Shown here one piece after another: positions 21,291-31,549 of a DNA stretch of 64,000 nucleotides. The DNA lies in assembly GCA_000004985.1 (NCBI GenBank), contig GG738908.1, one strand, 5' to 3'. Positions within the stretch are counted from its first letter, which is position 1. Each line of letters opens with the position of its first letter. Under the pieces are notes generated by a model. The model worked only from the letters and a program-made list of their open reading frames with translations. It searched no databases and was not told the DNA's origin. Position numbers and translations under genes: made by a program. This stretch comes from Naegleria gruberi. Lineage: Eukaryota.

Positions 21291-22841
21291 TCAAGCAGCA
21301 CTGACTATTTCAGGAGTAACTCTTCTTGTGATTCTAACCTTTAAATTAGGGGAAGGTTTATGGACAGGACTTTGGATTGCAACAATTGGATCCTTCTCCA
21401 AATCATTCAACAATTCAAATTCGAATCTCTGAATCATTTTGGTCAATATCATGCAAGATTCCAATAGAGAAAACTTCTTTCCCAAACAAGCACGATTTCC
21501 CATACTGAATGGAACAAATGTAAAGTTGTGGAATGACGATTCTCTGAATTGTGGATCCACAAATCGATCAGCAATGAATTCGGTTGGTTTCTCCCAAACA
21601 TCAGGTCGTTTCATCAAGTATCCAAATAGGGTAGCTACATGAGTTCCCTTAGGAATTGAAAAATTACCCAATGTCGTATTCTTGACTGCAACACGAGATA
21701 GAATTTGAACTGCTGGATGAAGTCTGAAAGATTCCATAAGGACAGAGTTGACCAAATGAAGATTTGGAAAATCATCAATTGTTGGATCTCTTCTTCCAAT
21801 CGTTTTGGAAATTTCATTATAGAGCTCTTGTTGAATTGTTGGATTTTTGGAAATTTCAAAGGTTGTCCATTGTAAAAGTGTGGAAGTCGTATCATGACCT
21901 GCAAAACTCATTATTACACTGTTACTCTTCAGCTCATCATCAGTAATTAGCTTTTCTGTCATGTTTGCCTTCACCAATAATGTCAAAATGTCATTCATGT
22001 CATTAATCAATGGTTTGTCTTCCAACAATTTTTTTCTACTTTGAATCATTTCATCCAAAGATTTGCTACAGGTTTCCAAATGTCCATGAATGCCAACTAT
22101 CTTTGACATGATTGTTTGTAATTTTCCATTTCCAAATAGACGACGAATTGCCAAAGCTTTCATTGAGAATGTTTGTTGTAAACTTGTCTTGAAAGCTTTT
22201 CCTTCTTGATTGGAGGAGAATATTCCAAAATCGAGATTGAAACCTGCCTTACCAAGTACATCCAAAGTAATATCTGAAAAGTCATCATTCGAAAGCATGA
22301 CACCACTTTCGTCCTTGCTCCATCTTTCGAATAATAATTCTGCAGATTGACAAGCAACTTGACAAACATAGATTAAATTCTGAGGTGAGAATGCTGGACT
22401 GCAAACTTTAAAGTGTCTTTTCCATCTTTCGTTATTCACAGCACTCACAATATTTTCACCAAACATGGTAATAAATTTAAAATCAGGTTTTTCATAGCAA
22501 TTTGCTTTTAGAATGAAGAATTCCTTGAATAGTTTCGGATCACTGATTAAAACTATTGGAGCATCCTTTGTAACGATTCGAGCAGTTTTAGTTTCATCAT
22601 TCGAATAAGAATCGACTACATTTTCAATTTCCTTGACTGAACCAAAGTAATAGTAGGGAGAAAGAAGAGGAATTCTGAATGGAGAAAGTTCCAATAATTG
22701 GAAAACTCCTGGAATGTTCGATACCTTGCTGTATTGCTTGTACAATCTGAAAGCAAAATACGAAACCAAACTAATGACTGTTAGCAACAAGATTAAACCA
22801 AATGATTGCCAACTGTTTAAACTATAAAGGTATGTTAGCAT
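21291..22841 (-). CDS. Cytochrome P450 monooxygenase. Intronless paralog of 19498..21143, in convergent orientation.
   Basis: 516-aa uninterrupted ORF with 'MSFAGHDTTSTLLQW', 'ESFRLHPA', 'FSMGNRACLGKKFS' (heme Cys). About 40-45% colinear identity to the plus-strand P450 by eye ('SDITLDVLGKAGFNLDFG'). Confidence 0.8.
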   Translation of the reverse strand: MLTYLYSLNSWQSFGLILLLTVISLVSYFAFRLYKQYSKVSNIPGVFQLLELSPFRIPLLSPYYYFGSVKEIENVVDSYSNDETKTARIVTKDAPIVLISDPKLFKEFFILKANCYEKPDFKFITMFGENIVSAVNNERWKRHFKVCSPAFSPQNLIYVCQVACQSAELLFERWSKDESGVMLSNDDFSDITLDVLGKAGFNLDFGIFSSNQEGKAFKTSLQQTFSMKALAIRRLFGNGKLQTIMSKIVGIHGHLETCSKSLDEMIQSRKKLLEDKPLINDMNDILTLLVKANMTEKLITDDELKSNSVIMSFAGHDTTSTLLQWTTFEISKNPTIQQELYNEISKTIGRRDPTIDDFPNLHLVNSVLMESFRLHPAVQILSRVAVKNTTLGNFSIPKGTHVATLFGYLMKRPDVWEKPTEFIADRFVDPQFRESSFHNFTFVPFSMGNRACLGKKFSLLESCMILTKMIQRFEFELLNDLEKDPIVAIQSPVHKPSPNLKVRITRRVTPEIVSAA

Positions 22842-24074
22842 TTTTTATATTAATTCTATTCTAATCTTTCATGCTAATCAAAATCTTTTAAGAAAAATGT
22901 CGGCGGACAATTTTCAAAGTCCTCTTTGATTGAATTTCAGTTGAGGACTAAGAATCGTAATGTAGATAGTAAATTTCTAAATAAAGTACATATTATTGTT
23001 GGAAATGAGATAACCAGTGTATATTCAATCTAAATCCTAGGTCTTTTGTTGAAGTTTCGAATAGAAATCAATTACAGATCTGGACGAATCAAGTTGATTC
23101 AAATGAGAAAAGTACCAAGTTTACAATTCTCATAATTGAACGTTTAATATTCCAAAAGACCTTTTCCATTCCCAAATGAGTAAACTTCCCCTTTCGTCTA
23201 TTTTACAATATTTATGAAAATTAAATAGTGGTCGATTGAAGAAAAAACTCTCATAAAAAAACAAAACAACTCATCTCTTACAATTACCATGATTACTGTT
23301 GGTCAACCTTGCTTTTTCACCAAGTGTGTAAGTTTCGTATATCACTTTCCAGTAAAGAAATATTTTCACACAGGTCAATTAGGAGAATTACAACAAATCA
23401 TCATCTACAGTTTCAAGATTACCTACCAATATGTGTGTTTCGTCTACAGTAAGAAGATTTAACCTTCAATCTTTCTAATTTTCCTGTAAATCATCACCTC
23501 AGGAAACACTCAAGTGCCAGATGTTTTAAACGAGAAATATTTCGAATAGGAAACAATCTCCATGCGCTATCTTTCAATTATCTGGCTAGACTATTGCATG
23601 CCTGTACCTACACGTTGAATTTGCATACTTTCCTTTACAATCGAATAGTTTTTTACTTTCCTCTAGTTTCGAACATGATAAAACTTCCTTAATCATTCTC
23701 TTTCCAATAACTATGTCTATCCAATATCAGTAATATGCATTAATAGAAAGCATGTTAATGTAGAAACCATTCGAATATGTGAAAATTGTCTCCTCGCTCA
23801 CTACCTTACTAAGAAAGATGAACAATTTCGAATAGAATCAATTTATCGAACAGGCAAAATAAACGAAAATCATGAAGCGCATTGTGAAGAGACAATAAAG
23901 TTTCGTTCAAATTAATTTTTTCAACTTACTTTTATAGTATTAAACAACGTCCAAAAATAGTTACCCCACAAATTTGGGAGGAACCAAAATTTGGAAAAAA
24001 AATTTGGTGAGCTTTAAAAAGTGGTGGACAATCCCAGCAAAAACTATTCGATTGTACTTTAAAAAAACAAACAA
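22842..24074. promoter_or_regulatory. Divergent intergenic region (the P450 gene on the minus strand and the EEP gene on the plus strand both start here) carrying a cluster of TTCGAATAG-core motifs.
   Basis: Motif copies by direct reading: 23055 'gtttcgaatagaaatcaatt', 23540 'atttcgaataggaaacaatc', 23639 'acaatcgaatagtttttt', 23770 'cattcgaatatgtg', 23826 'caatttcgaatagaatcaattt', and a reverse-strand copy at about 24044 ('aaactattcgattgt' is the reverse complement of 'acaatcgaatagttt'). The core 9-mer is over-represented window-wide (at least 10 copies against about 1 expected). Confidence 0.3.
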
Positions 24075-25151
24075 ATGCCTTCTAACAACAATTTCTCTCT
24101 AATTTCACTTCTTTCCTTTACAATTTTACTTTCTCTCGCCAATTTCACCCTTTCGAATAACAATAACTTAAAGATTGCTTCCTTTAATACTGCTCTAGTA
24201 CCTGGCACACCAGTCAATGTCAAGAAAATCATAGAAACCATACCAAAAGACCTCGATGTAGTCTTTCTCCAAGAAGTTTGGCTCCAATCTCATTCCCACC
24301 TAATTGCTGAAGAGCTGAAATCCTCATATCCATACTCCTTCCATGGACACAAGGAAGTTTTGAATGAAGCATCTTGTACGGATGATTCATTCCATAGATT
24401 CGCTCTTCCTTTCCTTCATTGTGTCCGTGAAAATAATTTGACACTTTCGTGGACAACTTTGGGACCATGTGCTGAATTTTTGAGTCGAGCTGCCTATGGA
24501 AATTTTAAATGTATATCCTGTGTCCTGACATCTATCGTTGAGAATAAGAATATGGCCAATTGTTACACTCCTGGACACACAGGTCAGGAATTTCTCTATG
24601 ACGGCTCCAATGGATTGATGGTTCTGAGTAAGACACCAATCTCACGTGCCAATTACACTTCCTATCCTTCATTTTTATTGAGTAGAGGATTATTAGAGAT
24701 GTGTATCAATGGTTTATATATTATGGAATCACACTTTCCTTTTAATTTTGGGATTGACTTGCCAGTAATGTATCAACCAGAGTTTTCTAGGATGGTTATC
24801 ATGAAGAGACCTAATATCTTGGTTGGCGATTTGAATAGTGGACCAATGACGCAACCAGAAGGTTATGAGACACTTGCTGGATATGGATATCAGTCAATTG
24901 ATCCAAATAAGGCAACTTTTTGTGTGAATGGATTAAATTGGGAAAGTGGCGATTGTTCTGATGATCCAGAAAGAAATACTGGAATGGATCATATCATGGT
25001 TGATAAATTTAGTAGAATTTTGGAATGGAATTTCAATAATTCCTTCAAACTCCAATTATTTGGAGACTCAACTCCAACTCCGAGTGATCATTTGGGTATC
25101 ACAACTGAGCTGAATTATAATATGGCTAGAAAACATCCATATTGTGTCTAA
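24075..25151 (+). CDS. Secreted endonuclease/exonuclease/phosphatase (EEP) family protein (sphingomyelin-phosphodiesterase/DNase I-like fold).
   Basis: Signal peptide 'FSLISLLSFTILLSLANF'. EEP motifs 'LKIASFNT', 'DVVFLQEVW', 'LVGDLNSG', and C-terminal 'SDHLGITTEL' (the SDH motif of the EEP fold). Single exon. Confidence 0.6.
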   Translation: MPSNNNFSLISLLSFTILLSLANFTLSNNNNLKIASFNTALVPGTPVNVKKIIETIPKDLDVVFLQEVWLQSHSHLIAEELKSSYPYSFHGHKEVLNEASCTDDSFHRFALPFLHCVRENNLTLSWTTLGPCAEFLSRAAYGNFKCISCVLTSIVENKNMANCYTPGHTGQEFLYDGSNGLMVLSKTPISRANYTSYPSFLLSRGLLEMCINGLYIMESHFPFNFGIDLPVMYQPEFSRMVIMKRPNILVGDLNSGPMTQPEGYETLAGYGYQSIDPNKATFCVNGLNWESGDCSDDPERNTGMDHIMVDKFSRILEWNFNNSFKLQLFGDSTPTPSDHLGITTELNYNMARKHPYCV

Positions 25152-25201
25152 ATAAACTAAAATAACACCTAGGTTTCTTTGAAATTCATTTACTTCTGAA
25201 A

Positions 25202-25268
25202 GTTTGTTGTAATTCGAAACTGAAAACAGTTTCTTCCTAAATTTTGTTGTAATTCGAAACTGAAAAGA
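25202..25268 (+). repeat. Two tandem copies of the 22-bp motif TTGTTGTAATTCGAAACTGAAAA in the EEP / F-box intergenic region. A third copy lies at 25911-25938.
   Basis: 'gtttgttgtaattcgaaactgaaaacag' (25202) and 'ttttgttgtaattcgaaactgaaaagatt' (25242). The third copy 'tttgttgtaatacgaaactgaaac' at 25911 sits between the F-box gene and the convergent LRR gene. Confidence 0.6.
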
Positions 25269-25322
25269 TTAAATTCAAACACTGATGAACTTTGCATGAT
25301 CTAAATTAAATCAAAAAAAAAA

Positions 25323-25781
25323 ATGTCATCATTTAGTGATTTGCCTCCAGAGGTGCTCATTGAGATTTTCAACTTTCTCTCCATAAAACACCTCGGAACG
25401 ATATTACAAATCGATCGGTCAACTCATAATATTGTAATGAATTCCAGAATTTTTTGGAGAAATTTATGGAATGAATATTACAATCGTCTTTTAATTCCAA
25501 ATATGATGCTGGAGATTTTGGAGAAGAAATTTGATGAAAATACAAATTCACCACAACAATTTATTGACTTGATAGAAATGAAGAAGGAAATGAAAGATGG
25601 AATTCTCAAGATTTTATCAGATTTGGAATTGGATCGAAAAGAGTGTGAAAAATCGAGGGAAGAACATGAGCAAGAGTATGGATATGATGAAACCTCATTG
25701 TGGTGGATGGAAATTATTAATGGAATTGAAAGGGATATGGAGCACTATGAGAATTTATTGAAATTGTTACAAGTTGACTAA
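25323..25781 (+). CDS. F-box domain protein (small).
   Basis: aaaaaaaaaATG at 25323. N-terminal F-box 'FSDLPPEVLIEIFNFLSIKHLGTILQIDRSTHNIVMNSRIFWRNLW'. Confidence 0.55.
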   Translation: MSSFSDLPPEVLIEIFNFLSIKHLGTILQIDRSTHNIVMNSRIFWRNLWNEYYNRLLIPNMMLEILEKKFDENTNSPQQFIDLIEMKKEMKDGILKILSDLELDRKECEKSREEHEQEYGYDETSLWWMEIINGIERDMEHYENLLKLLQVD

Positions 25782-25895
25782 ATATATATTTAATATTTTA
25801 CAATGCAATTAATTTTTCCCCTGTACTCAAATATATATCATCATACTGATATTTAATTGTAACAGAGTAAGAAATTGAAATTGTTGTTTATTCAA

Positions 25896-26825
25896 TTAAA
25901 TGTAATTATTTTTGTTGTAATACGAAACTGAAACATTCATTCCAAATCTAACATTTGCATACAATATATGAATATGATCGAGTTTTACACTTCTCAACTC
26001 TTTCATTTCACTAATTGCCTTGGAACCTTCCCTTTCAATATTTTCATTTCCATGAATGTATAAAGTTTTCAAGTTGACCAAGTTACTGAGATACTTTGCA
26101 CCCTGAGTTTGAATTTGATTGTGATCAATGGTGAGGAGAGTTAGATTTTGCATTTTTCCAATAAATTTGGCGCCTTCATCTCCAATTTCGTTTAGTCTAA
26201 TGTTTAGGTTTGTTAATTGGTTCAATTGACTAAGTGATTTGGCTCCTTCATCATTAATTCGATTGCAACTAATATTAAGAATAGTTAATTTTTGCAGTTG
26301 ACTAATTGATTTTTCGCCTTCAAAATCACCAAGTAAATTATTGGAAATGTCTAGCTCTGTTAAATTTTTCAGTTGACCAATAAATTCTGCTCCTTGATAA
26401 ATGCCATTTATAGAAATATTTAACGATGTTAAATGTTCCAATTGACTAATTGATTTGGCTCCTTGAATTCCAATATTGTTATGATTTAGAGTAAGTTTTG
26501 TTACATTTTTCATCTTTCGTAAACTTTCGACTAGTTTCTTCCTTTCGAATAAAACTTGTTCAGCAAACTTGACCATTTCAAAACAATTTAAAAATTCGCT
26601 GTTATCAATCAACGTTTCCATCTCATCACTGATCACATTAAATTCAATGGAAAATTTCGAATAGTTTCGGATAACATTCATCCATTGTTTGGAGACGAGT
26701 ATACAATTCAACAAGACAAATTTATAATCATCAGATAAATAGGAAAATATTTCTGTGCAAATTTCATCAGGAAATAATTTGTGGCTGTCTTGTTTTTCCA
26801 TTTTTTTTAAAGTTTCTAATAACAT
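25896..26825 (-). CDS. F-box / leucine-rich-repeat (RNI-like LRR) protein.
   Basis: N-terminal 'LFPDEICTEIFSYLSDDYKFVLLNCILVSKQWMNVI' (F-box) followed by about 8 LRRs of the type 'LTxLNIxxNxIGDEGAKxISQLxxL'. Confidence 0.6.
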   Translation of the reverse strand: MLLETLKKMEKQDSHKLFPDEICTEIFSYLSDDYKFVLLNCILVSKQWMNVIRNYSKFSIEFNVISDEMETLIDNSEFLNCFEMVKFAEQVLFERKKLVESLRKMKNVTKLTLNHNNIGIQGAKSISQLEHLTSLNISINGIYQGAEFIGQLKNLTELDISNNLLGDFEGEKSISQLQKLTILNISCNRINDEGAKSLSQLNQLTNLNIRLNEIGDEGAKFIGKMQNLTLLTIDHNQIQTQGAKYLSNLVNLKTLYIHGNENIEREGSKAISEMKELRSVKLDHIHILYANVRFGMNVSVSYYNKNNYI

Positions 26826-27233
26826 TTTTAAACTAATTTCCTGTGACCTAGTTCATAAAAATAATATCTGATGAGAAATGAGAAAATCAAGGCACCAAAT
26901 GCGAGAAAAGTAATTTGGTTGAATTTCGAAGAAATTAAGGAAAAGGGCCGACTTTTGGCGGGAGAATCATGTGCTTCGTACACCATTATCAATGTCCTTA
27001 GTTGACCATTTTTGAATAATTTCGAAGGATTAAAAGTAATATCGATTAGCGAACTATCAATAATTTAAACAATTTCTGTGCTAAATGCAAGTTTTCACAC
27101 TCGGTATGCGAAACTGTGTGAAAATGCAATAATTGAGCAAAAATTGAATTAATTGGTTGAGAATTAATAGAAAAAAATAAGAACACTTGAAAGATAGAAA
27201 AAGTGATATTGAAAGTTTTTAAAAAGTGTGAAA

Positions 27234-28239
27234 ATGAATGAGATTTTGCAGTTGACTCACGAATCGATCAAACATTTGGATGTTTTCATGTCGAATTATG
27301 TTCCTTACATGAAATCTAATATATCAACAGATTATCCAGATGATAAATTATCAGAATTGAATTTCTTTGATGGTGGAATGGTGAAATTGTGGATTTTCAT
27401 GTTGGAGAATTATTCACTCACGATGGTGACAATTGTCTTGCCATTTGTCATTTTGTTTTTGAATTATTTCATTCCTAGTGGATTGATGTGGTTGGTAGAG
27501 TGGTGCGACTTTGATTTTCTGAGGAAATATAAGATTCAACCTGTAAGTAGTTAAATTTTTATTGGAAACCTTGACGAAACTATTTCAGAAAAGGAAAAAT
27601 AGTGGAATGAAGATTGTTAAGGCAACATTCTATTTGTTATTCATTTACTTTTTGGTGATTCTTCCAATGTATGCAGTTGCTTTTCACTTTCTTACTCAAA
27701 TTGACTACTTTAGTCTCGAAGTTTCGAATATCCCAAATTGGAAAGTTCTTCTCCTTCAATTAGCTTTCTGTTTCTTCATGGAAGACACAGCTCACTACTG
27801 GTTCCATAGGTGGCTTCACACACCATGGGCCTATCACGTCATCCACAAAATCCATCACGAATTCGAATCTCCAACCATACTTTCCACTAGTTTCGCTCAT
27901 CCCTTAGAAATCTTAATACTTGGATTCGCCACCTTTCTAGGACCTCTTCTTCTCCGTCCACATTTCCTTACCCTTTTAATCTTTGTCAACCTTAGACAAT
28001 TGGCAGCTTGTGAAACTCATTCGGGCTTTGATTTCCCATTTTCTCCGAATAATTTGGCGCCAAACTTAATTGGAGGTGCAGATTTTCATGATTTTCATCA
28101 TCGTAGATGTAGTGGAGTATTTTCATCGAATTTCATGTGGTGGGATATTTGGTGTGGAACTTGTGGTGGATTCTTTGAGTGGAAACTCAAACAACAAAAG
28201 AAGAAACTAGCCGAATCGAATAAAATTCATCAAGAATAA
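27234..28239 (+). CDS. ERG25: C-4 methylsterol monooxygenase (ERG25/SMO, fatty-acid-hydroxylase superfamily), 2 exons: join(27234..27542, 27589..28239).
   Basis: Three His boxes, 'HRWLHTPWAYHVIHKIHHEFESP' and 'FHDFHHRRC'. Colinear with human/yeast SMO motifs ('YKIQ', 'AHPLEILILG', 'NFMWWDIWCGT'). Donor cct|GTAAGT at 27543 and acceptor ...tatttcag| at 27588, both phase 0. Confidence 0.85.
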
Positions 28240-28352
28240 CCTTGTAAGCATCAGTGTTCAATACTAAACACTTGACAAATATGGAACTTTATAGTTCAAT
28301 CCGGAGTTGTACTATTTCGGAGTTCACTTCCGTTAGCCACAAATTAAAAAAA

Positions 28353-31300
28353 ATGTCATCACCACAACATGCAACCCTGCTTCTCGCCTTTTTNNNNNNN
28401 NNNNNNNNNNNNNNNNNNNNNNNNNNNNNNNNNNNNNNNNNNNNNNNNNNNNNNNNNNNNNNNNNNNNNNNNNNNNNNNNNNNNNNNNNNNNNNNNNNNN
28501 NNNNNNNNNNNNNNNNNNNNNNNNNNNNNNNNNNNNNNNNNNNNNNNNNNNNNNNNNNNNNNNNNNNNNNNNNNNNNNNNNNNNNNNNNNNNNNNNNNNN
28601 NNNNNNNNNNNNNNNNNNNNNNNNNNNNNNNNNNNNNNNNNNNNNNNNNNNNNNNNNNNNNNNNNNNNNNNNNNNNNNNNNNNNNNNNNNNNNNNNNNNN
28701 NNNNNNNNNNNNNNNNNNNNNNNNNNNNNNNNNNNNNNNNNNNNNNNNNNNNNNNNNNNNNNNNNNNNNNNNNNNNNNNNNNNNNNNNNNNNNNNNNNNN
28801 NNNNNNNNNNNNNNNNNNNNNNNNNNNNNNNNNNNNNNNNNNNNNNNNNNNNNNNNNNNNNNNNNNNNNNNNNNNNNNNNNNNNNNNNNNNNNNNNNNNN
28901 NNNNNNNNNNNNNNNNNNNNNNNNNNNNNNNNNNNNNNNNNNNNNNNNNNNNNNNNNNNNNNNNNNNNNNNNNNNNNNNNNNNNNNNNNNNNNNNNNNNN
29001 NNNNNNNNNNNNNNNNNNNNNNNNNNNNNNNNNNNNNNNNNNNNNNNNNNNNNNNNNNNNNNNNNNNNNNNNNNNNNNNNNNNNNNNNNNNNNNNNNNNN
29101 NNNNNNNNNNNNNNNNNNNNNNNNNNNNNNNNNNTATTGATGGTATCAATTCTTTCACAATTACTGGCTCTACATTTGCAAACAATTCCAAATTACACAT
29201 GACAACTGTTTTCAGCTCTACCTTGAGAGGTTTGACTTTTGAGGGAAATGAAAATGTTCTTTCTGCGAAAGGAATTGGTTCTTTTACATTGGAGCATTCA
29301 AATTTTACTCGCAATGGTAATCCAATTTATATTTCAGGAAATCAATTGACAAATCAATTTAGAAAAATTAGTTTTTGTTTATTTGAGGACAATTGGTCAA
29401 CCAGCAATGGTCTTATAACATTGGAACAGTTTCCCACACATGTGGAATTTAACAATTTCAGAAATAATTGGGCAGTGAATGGAGGAATAATTTATGCAAC
29501 TAGTTCCATAATTACTTTGGATAAAAATCAGTTTGTGGATACTTATGCAAGATTCATTGAAGGTTGTTTAGTTGATAATTGTGGAAATGGAGGAATTGCC
29601 TATATTTCTAATACTATTTTGTACATGTCCAATCTCATTATTCAAAATACTCAAGCAATTAGAGGAGGAATTGTTTATTCTGAGGGAAATTCTCGAATTC
29701 AAACCCAAAATTGTGATATTTCAGATAATATTGCTTCTTTGGCTGGTAATTTATTTTACTTTGGAGATGTTATTGATTTTAATGCCCAAAATTATTCGAA
29801 ATCTGACCTGAGTTCGAGGAAAACAACTCGAGCACTTTGGAGAACGGAATCTAGTCAACCTTACGATAATCAACGAATTGCCATCCAACCCGGGCAAACA
29901 ATACAATTGGATTTTGAGTATTTTGACATGTTTGACAACAGATTCAATAGAACAAATTCTGCTCCAATTATTAAGGCAAGTGATTCATCCAACATTCTTG
30001 TATCCCTCGTTTCAATTGATCCACTTTCCAATACTGACTTTAAATTCTTCTTGCAAGTGTCAGAAACTTCAAAAAGCTCAAATATTTCAGTATATCTCCC
30101 ATTCCATGACTTTACATTTGAGATTGATATTGATATTATTGGATGCCCTTTTGATTATGGTTTATCACCACTTTTAAATTCACACTACAACGTGTGTGTC
30201 TATAGAGGTTATATTATAATTGTATTCTCCTCTATTGGCATTGCAATCATTCTACTGGTTGCAATTTATTTATTGATCTATGTTGTTAAGAGATTACTCA
30301 AATTGAGAAAGAAGGAAATGACTGAAAAGGAAATTGCACAAAAGATTATTGATAAGAATTTTGTTTTTTCTATCAATACTGATAATGAGCACACTCCATT
30401 ATTATCAAAACTGGAAGTTGCCAAGATTAGTAATATCTTAATTCCAATTGAGGATATTGAAATCATCAAAAGAATTGGAGAAGGAGCTAATGGTACTGTA
30501 TACTTAGCTAAATGGCAAGGAAATCGTGTAGCTCTAAAAAGTTTAAAATTCGAAAGGGATAGCACTGACTTTGAAAATGAAGCATCTCTCCTTAATAATT
30601 TGAGACATCCTTCTATTGTGAGATTTTATGGAATTGTAGTGTCTTCTTCAGTTAAATACATGGTTACAGAGTTTGTGGAAAATGGAAGTTTGGATGCAGC
30701 CATTCATAATTCCAAAATTGGAAAGAAGAAACTTGATTTACAAACAAAATTACAAATTTTGAGAGGAATTGCAAATGGAATGAACTATCTTCATAATTTG
30801 AAAACTCCATGTCTTCACAGAGATTTGAAATGTCAAAATATTCTTCTCAATTCCAACATGGAACCAAAGGTTACAGATTTTGGATTGTCAAAATTGACTT
30901 TAAATTCAATGACATTGACTTGCAATATTGGAACAGCTCTTTACATGGTAAGTTTTCAAATTTAAGAGAGTTAAACCGAGTCAATCATTGTAAAGTCTCC
31001 TGAATTATTTGGAAGTGGTTACAAAATTTCATACAAATTGGACGTTTACAGTTTCTCCATCATCATGTACGAATTATTCTTTGAGGAAACTCCATTCTTT
31101 AGCTCATCAGCCAAGATGAGAAAATTTATCATTTCATCCACTGAACAATCACCAGAAGATGATCATGATACAATGAATTTTGGTTTTGCAATTCCAGTAA
31201 AAGTTTCGAAAGGAGAACGGCCAATGCTTCCCTGGACTAATGATGAGGAATGTGAAATGTGGATTAAGGAATTTATAGAACCCTATGAAGGAGGAGGAGG

Positions 31301-31475
31301 AGGAAATAATAGTAGTAGCAAAAGATCTTCATCCCTATTGAAAGTATTGCAAGTTAGCTTACAATATATTAACTTGATGAAGGAATGTTGGAGTCAGGAT
31401 CCAAATCAAAGACCGAACTTTTCCCAAATTGAGACGGAATTATTCAACATGATCAATGAAATTTCCAACCAATAA
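28353..31475 (+). CDS. Receptor protein kinase (TKL/tyrosine-kinase-like) with a parallel beta-helix (Pmp-like 'GGxIY') ectodomain: join(28353..30947, 30996..31475). The N-terminal part is interrupted by the 741-nt assembly gap 28394-29134.
   Basis: aaaaaaaATG at 28353. Repeated beta-helix motifs 'NGGIIYATSS', 'NGGIAYISNT', 'RGGIVYSEGN', 'AGNLFYFGD'. TM 'IIIVFSSIGIAIILLVAIYLLIYVV'. Kinase subdomains 'IGEGANGTVYLAKWQGNRVALK', 'HRDLKCQNILL', 'DFGLSK', then after the intron 'SPELFGSGYKISYKLDVYSFSIIMYELF' and 'CWSQDPNQRPNF'. Donor atg|GTAAGT at 30948 and acceptor ...gtaaag| at 30995. Confidence 0.7.
28394..29134. other. Assembly gap (741 N) inside the beta-helix receptor-kinase gene. Other gaps: 4088-4137 (50 N, plus a single N at 4068) and 61996-64000 (2005 N, to the end of the window).
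   Basis: Runs of N read directly from the sequence. The ORF-track 'XXXX' proteins across them are artefacts. Confidence 0.99.
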
Positions 31476-31549
31476 ATTATTCTCCTTCAACTATTTAATA
31501 TATTTAATATATTTAAAATTTAATACTTAATATTTAATTATTAAAAAAA

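Noticed and set aside
28289-29314. ORF-track entries made largely of X residues (28289..29314 on the minus strand, 28369..29202 on the plus strand, and the 17-18 X runs at 4025..4304)
   Set aside because: They are translations of poly-N assembly gaps, not sequence.
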